From: a virus
Taxonomy: Duplodnaviria > Heunggongvirae > Uroviricota > Caudoviricetes
Virus record (IMG/VR): IMGVR_UViG_3300010388_000318
Location: 14,190-78,189 of that record
Strand: one strand, 5' to 3'
Length of the DNA stretch: 64,000 nt
Made by a program: the position numbers and the translations under genes
In this document: in pieces, positions 49,663 through 58,090 of the stretch
How the letters are laid out: each line of letters opens with the position of its first letter
How positions within the stretch are numbered: the first letter of the stretch is position 1
The notes under the pieces: generated by a model
The model's database searches: none
Told to the model about the DNA's origin: nothing
Seen by the model: the letters and a program-made list of their open reading frames with translations, nothing else

Positions 49663-50373
49663 TTATTTGTACGAATCAATTAACGCCTTTTTGCGATTAA
49701 CGAAGTTTGAGTGTAACTCTTTCCAGTTAGAAAGTCCAGAGTTTTTGAACAGGTGATGAATGTGATTGTCATCAATCTTCTTCACTGCTTCTAGACCATG
49801 GTGCTCTGCATCTGGATGATGCTTGAATGCACTATTGAAAATATGTCCTGATGCATTGCTTGAGTTTCTTAATGATTCCTTTTCAGCAATATCAGGTCCA
49901 TATTCTTTTGGACCGCCTTGTGCTCTGAAGTGGAATGCACCACCATGATCAATAGCATGAAGATTGTTGGTCTTTTTGTTATGAACAATGTTGTCATGTT
50001 CTAGGCCAGCGATATCCCAATTTTTTGTCAGAATAGCAGCATGGTACATCTTACCAAGTTGGTTTGCATGTTCTTTAGTTGGATGATCATAGAATGACGG
50101 TGACTTAGTACCAACATGCTCATTCCACTCTGTCTTAATGCCAGATTCGCCATGCATCTCTGGCTTCAAAGTGTGAATGCCCATGTGATCGTAAATCTTA
50201 CCAGTAAGAGCTTCAACCTTTCCCTGATCAGGGTTTTTGTAGTTCTTCACATAGTACTTCTTACCAGTTTCAGAATCCACATGCACACCACCTTCATTTG
50301 AACCAAGCTGTGTGCCAGATTGCTTAACAAGCTCTTCTCTGAATTGTTTAAACGTCTTCATACGATACTCCAT
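49663..50373 (-). CDS. capsid-targeted protein-kinase-like protein (HxDxxxxN / DxG motifs)
   Basis: N-terminus MEYRMKTFKQFREEL (capsid-targeting-like). GLEHDNIVHNKK...LHAIDHGGAF resembles a kinase catalytic loop plus DFG-like motif (PI3/4-kinase style DRHxxN...IDFG). Confidence 0.4.
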   Translation of the reverse strand: MEYRMKTFKQFREELVKQSGTQLGSNEGGVHVDSETGKKYYVKNYKNPDQGKVEALTGKIYDHMGIHTLKPEMHGESGIKTEWNEHVGTKSPSFYDHPTKEHANQLGKMYHAAILTKNWDIAGLEHDNIVHNKKTNNLHAIDHGGAFHFRAQGGPKEYGPDIAEKESLRNSSNASGHIFNSAFKHHPDAEHHGLEAVKKIDDNHIHHLFKNSGLSNWKELHSNFVNRKKALIDSYK

Positions 50374-50387
50374 TGGGTTTTATATAT

Positions 50388-50720
50388 TTATACCCATGAA
50401 GTATCATAGAACCTATGCTGCTTGATATCCCACTTTTCGTAGACAGGTTCGCCATTATCATCTTCATCAACAGCAATCCATGCTACAGTCTTGAGAACCT
50501 TGGCATAACGAAAGCCCATATCAACACCTTCAATGGCATTGGTCACATAGACGATGTGGGGGCAATCAGGAGCGAAGTCGATGCCTTCATCAGGACGAAC
50601 GGCATACTCGAAAAGCTTACCGCCGTCCTTTTCAACAAAGCTACCAAGAAGCAGCGGAAACTGCTTGGTGTAGTTCTTGCTGTTATGAACGTCAGTGTTG
50701 GTGTGCGGTGCAAAAGCCAT
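50388..50720 (-). CDS. hypothetical protein (110 aa)
   Basis: Intact ORF. Confidence 0.35.
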   Translation of the reverse strand: MAFAPHTNTDVHNSKNYTKQFPLLLGSFVEKDGGKLFEYAVRPDEGIDFAPDCPHIVYVTNAIEGVDMGFRYAKVLKTVAWIAVDEDDNGEPVYEKWDIKQHRFYDTSWV

Positions 50721-50789
50721 AAAGAAACTCCCCTTCGAATGAGCCTTCTTATATGCGATTCGAAAGGGAGTGTCAATATATGTTTTTAT

Positions 50790-50996
50790 TTAAATTTTGG
50801 CTGTCATTTCCAGCCATCCACGCCTTGAGGACGGATATGGAGCAGACAGCTTAAGAATGACGTTGAAGTGTTCTTTAAAAATGCCAGTGTATGGACGAAT
50901 ATCCATTACAATAGCCATGTTTTCTGGATTAGAACCAGTGTACCACCACACAGGATACAGGTCGCCAATCTTCACGCTATGTTGTTCCATGATCAA
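50790..50996 (-). CDS. hypothetical small protein (68 aa)
   Basis: Small ORF; ATGA overlap with the next ORF. Confidence 0.3.
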   Translation of the reverse strand: MIMEQHSVKIGDLYPVWWYTGSNPENMAIVMDIRPYTGIFKEHFNVILKLSAPYPSSRRGWLEMTAKI

Positions 50997-51277
50997 TCCT
51001 TGATACCAAGAGCAATTTTATCTTCATTCGTCAATTTTGCCAAAGCACGTTTACGAGCCTCGCCAGAAGCATGTTTCTTAATTTCTTCTAAATTGTCAAA
51101 GATGATAAATTCACGTTCATAAATGGAATCGAATCTATTATTCTTCTTCCATTCCAGTGCAGCTTCCTCAGAAGAAACAAAATATTTATGGTTACAACGA
51201 TCACCGCCATCCCAAACCTGAATATCCCAACACTTGATAATTCTCATAACAAATATCCTTATATGTGGTTCGCACAA
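50993..51277 (-). CDS. hypothetical protein (94 aa)
   Basis: Intact ORF. Confidence 0.3.
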   Translation of the reverse strand: MCEPHIRIFVMRIIKCWDIQVWDGGDRCNHKYFVSSEEAALEWKKNNRFDSIYEREFIIFDNLEEIKKHASGEARKRALAKLTNEDKIALGIKD

Positions 51278-51483
51278 GCATCATATGATCTAATGGAACT
51301 TTCCAGAGAAACGATTTTTCCTTTAAATCCACTACCACCCATATCACGATGATGACCAATCTTTCCTGATTCTGCATCATCCTTATCATAATAATGGGAA
51401 GCTAGTCGAGGATCATCATGAAAAAACACAGTCCCGTTACGCTTTTCAACATATCCGCTACCGTTAACATAAACACAAAACAT
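51259..51483 (-). CDS. hypothetical small protein (74 aa)
   Basis: Small ORF. Confidence 0.3.
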   Translation of the reverse strand: MFCVYVNGSGYVEKRNGTVFFHDDPRLASHYYDKDDAESGKIGHHRDMGGSGFKGKIVSLESSIRSYDACANHI

Positions 51484-51494
51484 AGTGAATATCC

Positions 51495-51779
51495 TTAACC
51501 TACAAAGCCATCAATGATCTGAACAAGGTCTTCTGCATATACGCCTTCGATTGCCTTGTCAACCTTGACTTCGAACTTACGAATGCGGAAGAAGTCGATA
51601 TCATAAAGGTCAGTGCCTTCGTTGTACTTGATGTACACATGACCCTTCCAAGGTGTTATACCAGAGGTCTTGAACTTAAGACCATTACCCATGTTGACAA
51701 GTTCCTTGGCACCCCAAGCCATCATGGCCATCCGGTCAATCATCTTGATTTGCGAGAGAATGGTTTGAGCGATAGTCAT
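51495..51779 (-). CDS. hypothetical protein (94 aa)
   Basis: Intact ORF. Confidence 0.3.
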   Translation of the reverse strand: MTIAQTILSQIKMIDRMAMMAWGAKELVNMGNGLKFKTSGITPWKGHVYIKYNEGTDLYDIDFFRIRKFEVKVDKAIEGVYAEDLVQIIDGFVG

Positions 51780-51854
51780 AAGAAAGTCTCCGTTGCTGTT
51801 GAATTTCTTCTAGAGCAACGGAGACTATGTGTCAACAAATATTTTAAAAAAATT

Positions 51855-52193
51855 TTAGAACTGTATGTTCCATGTTACAGCAGCGCCTTGAATTCCAATT
51901 GTTGTTATTTGGAATATTTTTGCTGCCTTTTCATCGTGATGGTTTAAAATCTTTGCGACTAGATAATGAAGTGCACCAGCAGCTATCTTAAACCCCACAA
52001 CTTCCTCACATGAAGGATTCGATCCTAAGATCGGATTCAATTCTATTGCGGTTCCACGTGATATGAAACTACATGTTTGGGCTGCGTCTACCATATTAAG
52101 TGCTTGAAATACCAACTCCCGATCTTCGAAACCATTGGCTCTTACGGGGGTTGATATAAGCAAAAGACTTAGTATAGCAAGAAATTTGAACAT
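51855..52193 (-). CDS. secreted protein with signal peptide; start at internal Met MFKFLAILSLLLISTPVRA
   Basis: The track ORF (to 52289) would overlap tRNA-Ser. The internal ATG at about 52191-52193 gives a signal-peptide protein that ends before the tRNA. Confidence 0.4.
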   Translation of the reverse strand: MFKFLAILSLLLISTPVRANGFEDRELVFQALNMVDAAQTCSFISRGTAIELNPILGSNPSCEEVVGFKIAAGALHYLVAKILNHHDEKAAKIFQITTIGIQGAAVTWNIQF

Positions 52194-52215
52194 GCAGCTT
52201 TCCGTGTATAATTTT

Positions 52216-52307
52216 GGCGGAAGGCTAGGGGGTCGAACCCTAAAGGCCCTTTCAGGCTCAACAGTTTTCAAGACTGTCTCCGTCGCCAACTATCGGATTG
52301 GCCTTCC
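52216..52307 (-). tRNA. tRNA-Ser (anticodon UGA), class II with long variable arm; CCA encoded
   Basis: GGAAGGC...ACAGT-[CTTGAAA]-ACTGT-variable arm GAGCCTGAAAGGGCCTT-AGGG-TTCGACC-CCCT...GCCTTCC-G-CCA; 92 nt. Confidence 0.75.
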
Positions 52308-52318
52308 TTATGTATTAT

Positions 52319-52609
52319 TTATACCTTGTTTTTTTCTTCTTTTTCTGCTGCTAGGCGGCGCTTCATTTTTACCCTATGTCCAAGATAGAATGGAATTCCA
52401 AAAGGAGCGGCAATGATAAAGACACCCACAAATACTGGCCAAAAAATAGCCAGAAGGACAACTGGCCAAAAAGCCTCTTCTAAATCATGCCTATTAAGCA
52501 TACCCATCTTGTATGAACAAATCACACCGATAACAATAACGCCGATCAACCAAATCCAAAACATATCAATTTTCCTTCTTAAAACGTTGACCGAGCTTAT
52601 AGATAGCAA
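52319..52609 (-). CDS. small membrane protein (96 aa)
   Basis: Two hydrophobic helices. Confidence 0.3.
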   Translation of the reverse strand: MLSISSVNVLRRKIDMFWIWLIGVIVIGVICSYKMGMLNRHDLEEAFWPVVLLAIFWPVFVGVFIIAAPFGIPFYLGHRVKMKRRLAAEKEEKNKV

Positions 52610-52844
52610 TGAATGTCAGCGCAAGTGGCCAAGCCAAAACAACAAAAATCGTAGTAAGCACATAAGGCATTAGCTTATCCATATCGATATCGCTATCCTT
52701 TGGGCCATACGTAAAATCAGTCTGTGCTGCCTTAAATATACGATATGCCAAAATGGCAAATGATACAATCAAATAAAACATAACATCCATATCATCAAAC
52801 CTTCTTTGGTACCTGAGTAACGTCAACCAGACGCTTCTTGGCAC
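52566..52844 (-). CDS. small membrane protein (92 aa)
   Basis: Hydrophobic helices; overlaps its neighbours. Confidence 0.3.
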   Translation of the reverse strand: MPRSVWLTLLRYQRRFDDMDVMFYLIVSFAILAYRIFKAAQTDFTYGPKDSDIDMDKLMPYVLTTIFVVLAWPLALTFIAIYKLGQRFKKEN

Positions 52845-54309
52845 GAGTCACACCAACGTACACCAGATTTCTTTCCTGATCAGTCTGCCATTGCATTGAG
52901 CACTGCTTACCCATAATCTCATTACGTCCAAGCAGATATACAGTATCCCATTCAAGACCCTTAGCACGATGAACAGAGCATAGCAGAATCTTATTCTTAT
53001 GTCCATTCAAATCGTCAACAAAAAGACCTTCGATCATCTCAATAAGATCATCCTTGTCCTTAAGCTTGAGTTCCTTAGCACGATCAATAAGGATTGTCAA
53101 GGTCTCTGCACGATCAGTGATGAAGTCAGTACGATCAATGCCCTTCTTCTTGGCACGTTCAATTTCCTTCTTCGTCCACTCACGAACATGCATCTTAAGC
53201 TGTTCGAAGTCCTTTGTACGCCACTTCTTAGCAAGTGAAATCAGGTTAGCGCCAATCTCACGTCCTTCGATCTTTGCAGCCTTACCTTGGCGGATAAACT
53301 TGAAGCAAAGATTGACCAGATACTTGTTGTAGCGTGAGAGAATGACTTCACCGGGCTTTACCATATCAGGTAGGTTGTAGTACAGAACGCTATCAATTTC
53401 GCCTTCAGGAGCACTCTCATGTGCTTCAATGCCAGAAACGTAACGTTGTGCTAGTGCAACCACCTTCTTAGGGCAACGATATGTTACCGACAAAGGAAGC
53501 GTGATAGCATTACACTGATCACGAATTTGATCCAGTGCATCATTGTCAGCACCAGTGAAGCCATAGATTGCCTGATAAGGATCACCAACAGCAAGCATAC
53601 GACCATTAGGCTTCAACATGCGCTTGGCAAGTTCACGACGAACAGGATTGGTGTCCTGTGCTTCATCGATCATAACCCAATCGTACTGTGGCATTTCAAG
53701 GTTCATCTTGAGCGGCAGATAGATCATGTCATCAAAGTCAATTGTTTCTGAGTGATTGAAATCATAGTTCAGAACTTCTTGACAGAACTTGATCAGATAC
53801 TTCATTTCTGCACGATCATCGAAACGATCAGGAAGCTGTTCATCAAGACCAAAGGTCAGAATCATGTTTTCCCAAACAGTAATGTCATCAGGAATGATAG
53901 CACCGATACCACGCTGCTTAGCCATAGATACGATACGAGCAATTTGAAAAGCTTGCTTATCGAAATCGCCATCCTTGTGACTATTGTCATTCAGGGCTTT
54001 GACAAGACCGAAAATCTTGTTGGTAGGACTGCCAATGTTCGACATTACATTACGAATTGCCTGATATCCAGCAGAGTGGAATGTAGCAGCCTTTACGTTG
54101 TACATACCCTTACAGCGAAGGAACAGTTCATCAGCCATCTTCTTATTGAATGCGCCAAGAAAAATGTCGCCCTTCATAAGCTTTGCTGCTTCGATAATCG
54201 TAGTTGTTTTGCCTGAGCCAGCCTTTGCATCAACAATGATGGAGCCAAGTGAAGGATCAGACACCGCATCAAAAATTGCTTGTTGATACGGTGAAGGTTT
54301 GAATGTCAT
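52795..54309 (-). CDS. UvrD/PcrA-like SF1 DNA helicase (504 aa)
   Basis: Walker A DAKAGSGKTTT, MIDEAQD, VGDPYQAIYGFTGAD (UvrD motif III/IV-like), CSVHRAKGLEWDTV (motif VI). Confidence 0.7.
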   Translation of the reverse strand: MTFKPSPYQQAIFDAVSDPSLGSIIVDAKAGSGKTTTIIEAAKLMKGDIFLGAFNKKMADELFLRCKGMYNVKAATFHSAGYQAIRNVMSNIGSPTNKIFGLVKALNDNSHKDGDFDKQAFQIARIVSMAKQRGIGAIIPDDITVWENMILTFGLDEQLPDRFDDRAEMKYLIKFCQEVLNYDFNHSETIDFDDMIYLPLKMNLEMPQYDWVMIDEAQDTNPVRRELAKRMLKPNGRMLAVGDPYQAIYGFTGADNDALDQIRDQCNAITLPLSVTYRCPKKVVALAQRYVSGIEAHESAPEGEIDSVLYYNLPDMVKPGEVILSRYNKYLVNLCFKFIRQGKAAKIEGREIGANLISLAKKWRTKDFEQLKMHVREWTKKEIERAKKKGIDRTDFITDRAETLTILIDRAKELKLKDKDDLIEMIEGLFVDDLNGHKNKILLCSVHRAKGLEWDTVYLLGRNEIMGKQCSMQWQTDQERNLVYVGVTRAKKRLVDVTQVPKKV

Positions 54310-54523
54310 AATATATTCCTTAGATTGTCTGTGCTATTGTTAATATAGCGACGAATCATGGTTGTCAATCGTATTCTTGTACACCCTGTTATAAAAGTTC
54401 AACTCTGCCATATCAGCAGGGTAGTCCTGAAATTTTTTGCGCTCTTGCCTTGGCAAAGCATCAAACCAATTCCAAAAAGCTTTTTTAAATTCAGGCGTGT
54501 CAAAAACATTCATATTAATACCT

Positions 54524-54601
54524 TGGAGGGGCGAGTGGGATTCGAACCCACGGCTTTCAGGTTTTGCAGACCTGTGCGTTGGACCACTCCGCCATCGCCC
54601 C
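54524..54601 (-). tRNA. tRNA-Cys (anticodon GCA); CCA encoded
   Basis: GGGGCGA-TG-GCGG...CAGGT-[CTGCAAA]-ACCTG-AAAGC-CGTGGG? T-arm GTGGG-TTCGAAT-CCCAC-TCGCCCC-T-CCA; one extra 5' G possible. Confidence 0.7.
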
Positions 54602-54605
54602 CTAT

Positions 54606-55520
54606 TTAATCTCTTTTGTCGTTCTTATCGCCATCAATGAGTTTCAAACCATATTCATTGATTTGATTCTGTGGGATAAAACTTGCTTTCCTCTTTAACT
54701 GATTATTCTTAAAAGGACTATAGTCCACATGATGATGCCAGCGATTGAACTTCCATACAACAGATGCCACATCAGGATATGTATCTGCTAGCATCTTAGA
54801 CTTAGCAAGAGTGCCTTCAACTTCATAGAAGTCTTTGCTGTTGCCGCCGCCCATACGTTGAGTAGTGACCTTACCTTGTAGGAAAGCATTCAACTGAATA
54901 GTCGCCCATCCAGCAGACAATGCATCCAAACACAAGATAGTATCTTCATTGTAACGACCACGCCATTTGAATGGTATGTCATTACGAATAAGAAGGCAAG
55001 AGTAAATTCTTGTGTTCAATGTATATGGTCTAGCTTTAGCATCACTCTTACAAAAAGAATAATAGTTGAAGCCAGCAATCGCTAGGTTTTCATACCTGTC
55101 AACGAAATCCTCAGTCGCTACAAAGTTAACATTTGTCCTCATAGGAGTCTTCATGTTTCTATTTAGACGATGGAAGTCATCAAGATTGTCATCAAGAACC
55201 CAATGCCATGCATGACCTTCAGATACAGAATGTTCCCATGCAAAGTTACGTGCAGGACCCGGTCCAGTACTCTTAGTCAATCCAAGATCATCAAGTACCT
55301 CATACTCTTCCTTGTACTTCTTAGGAAGGATTAGAAGCTTCTCAGCACCAACAACCTTAGCATATTCGTCAAACTCTTCTTCCTCTACGATAACCCTGAA
55401 AGGAACGCCAAGTCTATTCAGCGCCCTATTGGTTAGCATATTGGTATATCGACCTTTCGATACGATATACACAGGATAACGGTTTTCACGTCTATTCTTG
55501 TATCCAACGTTTTGCAGCAT
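54606..55520 (-). CDS. hypothetical protein (304 aa) with DxD-like WVLDDNLDD motif; possible nucleotide-sugar transferase
   Basis: Intact ORF. The glycosyltransferase call rests only on the DxD-like motif and the genomic context, so it is weak. Confidence 0.3.
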   Translation of the reverse strand: MLQNVGYKNRRENRYPVYIVSKGRYTNMLTNRALNRLGVPFRVIVEEEEFDEYAKVVGAEKLLILPKKYKEEYEVLDDLGLTKSTGPGPARNFAWEHSVSEGHAWHWVLDDNLDDFHRLNRNMKTPMRTNVNFVATEDFVDRYENLAIAGFNYYSFCKSDAKARPYTLNTRIYSCLLIRNDIPFKWRGRYNEDTILCLDALSAGWATIQLNAFLQGKVTTQRMGGGNSKDFYEVEGTLAKSKMLADTYPDVASVVWKFNRWHHHVDYSPFKNNQLKRKASFIPQNQINEYGLKLIDGDKNDKRD

Positions 55521-55758
55521 TTTTGCCTCGCTCTAGTTCTGGATACCAAGCACTCTTAGTCTTTGGTGTCAATTTCTGACCAATCAACTTAGAAAAAGCA
55601 TCTAGGTCTTCTTGGTTTTCGAAACGAAAAATAATCTTAGCGAATGGTGGTTTACTTTCCTGAACAAATTCAGGCATATCAACCCATTCGTTTGTTGTTG
55701 GCTCTTCCTCCTGAAGAGTCTCTTCAGTATCATCAAACCATTTTTCTAATGATGGCAT
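55492..55758 (-). CDS. small acidic hypothetical protein (88 aa)
   Basis: Intact ORF; acidic N-terminus. Confidence 0.3.
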   Translation of the reverse strand: MPSLEKWFDDTEETLQEEEPTTNEWVDMPEFVQESKPPFAKIIFRFENQEDLDAFSKLIGQKLTPKTKSAWYPELERGKNAAKRWIQE

Positions 55759-55826
55759 AACAATCTCCGATCAATTCAAAACAAGCACAACAATACTCAA
55801 ATTCAATGTATATGTCAATGATAAAA

Positions 55827-55904
55827 TGGTAGTCCTGACGAGATTCGAACTCGTACTATAAGCGGTTTTGAACCCCTCGCCTCTGCCAGTTGGGCTACAG
55901 GACC
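55827..55904 (-). tRNA. class I tRNA, anticodon most likely CAA (Leu codon UUG); one G.G mismatch in the anticodon stem; G1-U72, A73
   Basis: GGTCCTG-TA-GCCC-AACTGGCAGA-GGC-G-AGGGG-[TTCAAAA]-CCGCT-TATAG-TACGAG-TTCGAAT-CTCGT-CAGGACT-A-CCA. Paralogous to the tRNAs at 46785 and 63034. Confidence 0.45.
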
Positions 55905-55905
55905 G

Positions 55906-56259
55906 TTATTTCTTTATATGATCATTATTGATCAATTCTTCAATCAAATCATTTACGTCACCATTGGCATGAACAAACTTGATTTGACCAAGGACACGAC
56001 CATATTTCTCACGTGCATCGTACTTCTTGCTGTGAAGCTCAAAGTGACCTTTTGTTTTCTGTCCGATATCTACCCAAAGTTCGGTAAACTCAGACGCTTT
56101 CTTACCATCAATATTGGCATTCTTACCAAATACTTCTGGTGTATCTACTCCTGAAAGACGCACACGTTCTTTCATTTTGATATTGAAACCAAGATCGATA
56201 AGCACATCAAGTGTGTCACCGTCAATGACTTTTAGAATTTCACACTTGTAAACGTACAT
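55906..56259 (-). CDS. staphylococcal-nuclease (SNase)-like thermonuclease
   Basis: VIDGDTLDV...VRLSGVDTPE matches the SNase Ca-binding/catalytic motif; 117 aa. Confidence 0.6.
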   Translation of the reverse strand: MYVYKCEILKVIDGDTLDVLIDLGFNIKMKERVRLSGVDTPEVFGKNANIDGKKASEFTELWVDIGQKTKGHFELHSKKYDAREKYGRVLGQIKFVHANGDVNDLIEELINNDHIKK

Positions 56260-56272
56260 ATCTTTCCTTTCT

Positions 56273-56355
56273 GGCGGAACGTCAGGGAATCGAACCCTGT
56301 CAACCGTTTAACGGGTTGTACGCATTAGCAGTGCGCTGCATTACCATCCTGCCCA
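56273..56355 (-). ncRNA. tRNA-like element with canonical T-arm and 3' end but non-foldable 5' half (degenerate tRNA or structured RNA)
   Basis: 3' part ...CAGGG-TTCGATT-CCCTG-ACGTTCC-G-CCA is tRNA-like. No complementary 5' acceptor strand was found. Possible anticodon-like hairpin CAACC-[CGTTAAAC]-GGTTG has an 8-nt loop. Overlaps the 3' end of ORF 56325-56576. Confidence 0.3.
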
Positions 56356-56576
56356 CGTTCCAATAATTCTTCAAGCATTTCATCGCCTTCTTTGGTAATG
56401 AAGGCTGTACCAAGTGACCAATCTATAAGCCCTTCATGGGTCAAATAGTAATAGTATCGATACAATCTCTTATCACCACCACGGTATTTAGCAAGCAATA
56501 GAAGCCTCTTTAGCTTTGTATCACTAAAATTCTTCAGTTTGTTTTCATCATGACAGTAATATTGTACCATAATCAA
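56325..56576 (-). CDS. hypothetical protein (83 aa); its C-terminus overlaps the tRNA-like element
   Basis: Intact ORF, but its 3' end (56325-56355) overlaps the tRNA-like sequence. Confidence 0.3.
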   Translation of the reverse strand: MIMVQYYCHDENKLKNFSDTKLKRLLLLAKYRGGDKRLYRYYYYLTHEGLIDWSLGTAFITKEGDEMLEELLERGQDGNAAHC

Positions 56577-56698
56577 ATGTCCATATATGGCCAGATATGA
56601 CGAGTTAATAGCTATAACTGGTCACATTTGGCCACTTCTGACGAGTTAGTAAAATCCCCGATACTTCCAAAAAGTGAAAGTATCGGGGATTTTTAGTC

Positions 56699-57496
56699 TT
56701 ACTTAACGTTAACCATACCCTTGAAGTCGTAAGGGATGACGATGGTGTTAACCTTGCCTTCCTTGACAGCTTCAGCAATCGTCACGATAGCAGTTGCTTC
56801 CATGTACTTAGTAGCACCTGCGTTTGCGTTAAGAGCAGCAATACGCTCAGCTTCAAGCTTTGCAGTGCGAACTTCAACTTCCTTCTGCTTCTGTTCATTC
56901 TGTGCCTGAACAAGAGCATTGGCTGAAGCTACGATGTTATCAGCAGGGAGAATCTGGCGAACCAAAATCTGTGAGATATTCAGTGATCCGTCCAACTTTT
57001 CAGCCACAAGTTGCTGATTAATTTCTTGGCGAATTAGCTGTTCGATTTCAGCACGATTATCAGCCATCTTAAGTGATTCGTAGCGACGAGACACCTTGTA
57101 AGCGGCATTACGACCAAGCTGACGCATATAGTTATACATCAAAAGAGTATCGCCTTCTTCAGTTACCGCATGGAAACCACGATTCTTATTGATGTAAAGT
57201 TCAGCTACAGCAGTAGGATTGACCGAATAAACAATCGCCAAATCAAAGTCCTTGATAGTGGAATTGTCAGAAGCTAGCGGAGTAAGATCAGCTACGTCAA
57301 CCTGAACATCCTTAACAGGGAAGGTGAGAACGTCACCAAACATTACCTGATTAAGAGAGCCGGGCTGAAGTTCACCGTTTTCAACTTGCTTATCCATACC
57401 AATGCGGACACCAACTTCACCAGTTTCAATACGAGTACAAGCAGAGGCGCTGATAGCAAGGATTGAGACTAGAGCAATTTTAACAAAACGATTCAT
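56699..57496 (-). CDS. SPFH/band-7 (prohibitin/HflK-like) lipoprotein
   Basis: Signal peptide with lipobox ISASAC; coiled-coil Q/A/E-rich region typical of SPFH oligomerisation domains; 265 aa. Confidence 0.55.
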   Translation of the reverse strand: MNRFVKIALVSILAISASACTRIETGEVGVRIGMDKQVENGELQPGSLNQVMFGDVLTFPVKDVQVDVADLTPLASDNSTIKDFDLAIVYSVNPTAVAELYINKNRGFHAVTEEGDTLLMYNYMRQLGRNAAYKVSRRYESLKMADNRAEIEQLIRQEINQQLVAEKLDGSLNISQILVRQILPADNIVASANALVQAQNEQKQKEVEVRTAKLEAERIAALNANAGATKYMEATAIVTIAEAVKEGKVNTIVIPYDFKGMVNVK

Positions 57497-57512
57497 ATTA
57501 TATTTCCTTCAA

Positions 57513-57689
57513 TTAAAGCAAGATAACGATAGTGGAAACTATCAGGATTGCCAAGGTAGAACAAGCCAAACTATACCCCAGAACCTTGACCATCTGAAGT
57601 TTTTCTTTGCCACTCGCAGCGATGAAACCTTGAATGCCAAGGAACACAATACCGAAAATGGCTAGGAATGCAAGAAGTATTTTAATCAT
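57513..57689 (-). CDS. small two-helix membrane protein; start at internal Met MIKILLAFLAIF
   Basis: The track ORF (to 57737) would overlap tRNA-Lys, but the internal ATG avoids that overlap. Confidence 0.35.
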   Translation of the reverse strand: MIKILLAFLAIFGIVFLGIQGFIAASGKEKLQMVKVLGYSLACSTLAILIVSTIVILL

Positions 57690-57697
57690 AATGTAAC

Positions 57698-57774
57698 TCC
57701 AAAAAATGGTGGACCCTCTGGGACTCGAACCCAGCACCTTCCGATTAAAAGTCGGACGCTCTAACCTAATGAGC
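57698..57774 (-). tRNA. tRNA-Lys (anticodon UUU); CCA encoded
   Basis: GGACCCT-TA-GCTC-ATTAGGTTA-GAGC-G-TCCGA-[CTTTTAA]-TCGGA-AGGTG-CTGGG-TTCGAGT-CCCAG-AGGGTCC-A-CCA; all stems perfect. Confidence 0.85.
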
Positions 57775-57790
57775 TAAGGGTCCATGTATT

Positions 57791-58003
57791 TTAGATGCAC
57801 AATCCATCAGTGCTATTAGGGTATAGCATAAAAGTTTTACCCTGTGAAGCACAATGTGCAGTCATAATCTGAATTTGTTTGGTGGTTTCGATATTCTGTC
57901 TATCGACGCAACTTGGAACTTGTAGAACAACTACAACAATTGCAGGGATTAGAATCCACCAACCAATATAATCTTTAACACGATCAATCATAATATTCTC
58001 CAA
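57791..58003 (-). CDS. small membrane protein (70 aa)
   Basis: One hydrophobic helix; lies between two tRNAs. Confidence 0.3.
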   Translation of the reverse strand: MENIMIDRVKDYIGWWILIPAIVVVVLQVPSCVDRQNIETTKQIQIMTAHCASQGKTFMLYPNSTDGLCI

Positions 58004-58007
58004 AAAA

Positions 58008-58084
58008 TGGTGGCCCCACCGAGATGCGAACTCGGATCACGAATTTGAGAGACTCGTATGCTCTACTATTTACACCATGGGGCC
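58008..58084 (-). tRNA. tRNA, anticodon probably CUC (Glu codon GAG); atypical D-arm
   Basis: GGCCCCA...CGAGT-[CTCTCAA]-ATTCG-TGAT-CCGAG-TTCGCAT-CTCGG-TGGGGCC-A-CCA; only one register gives a 7-nt loop. Confidence 0.5.
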
Positions 58085-58090
58085 ATTAAG

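Noticed and set aside
53527-54286. Several plus-strand ORFs (74-154 aa) within the helicase gene
   Set aside because: Antisense to the UvrD-like helicase, whose motifs are intact.
54358-54640. Plus-strand ORFs of 83/67 aa
   Set aside because: They overlap tRNA-Cys in antisense; the tRNA fold is far better supported.
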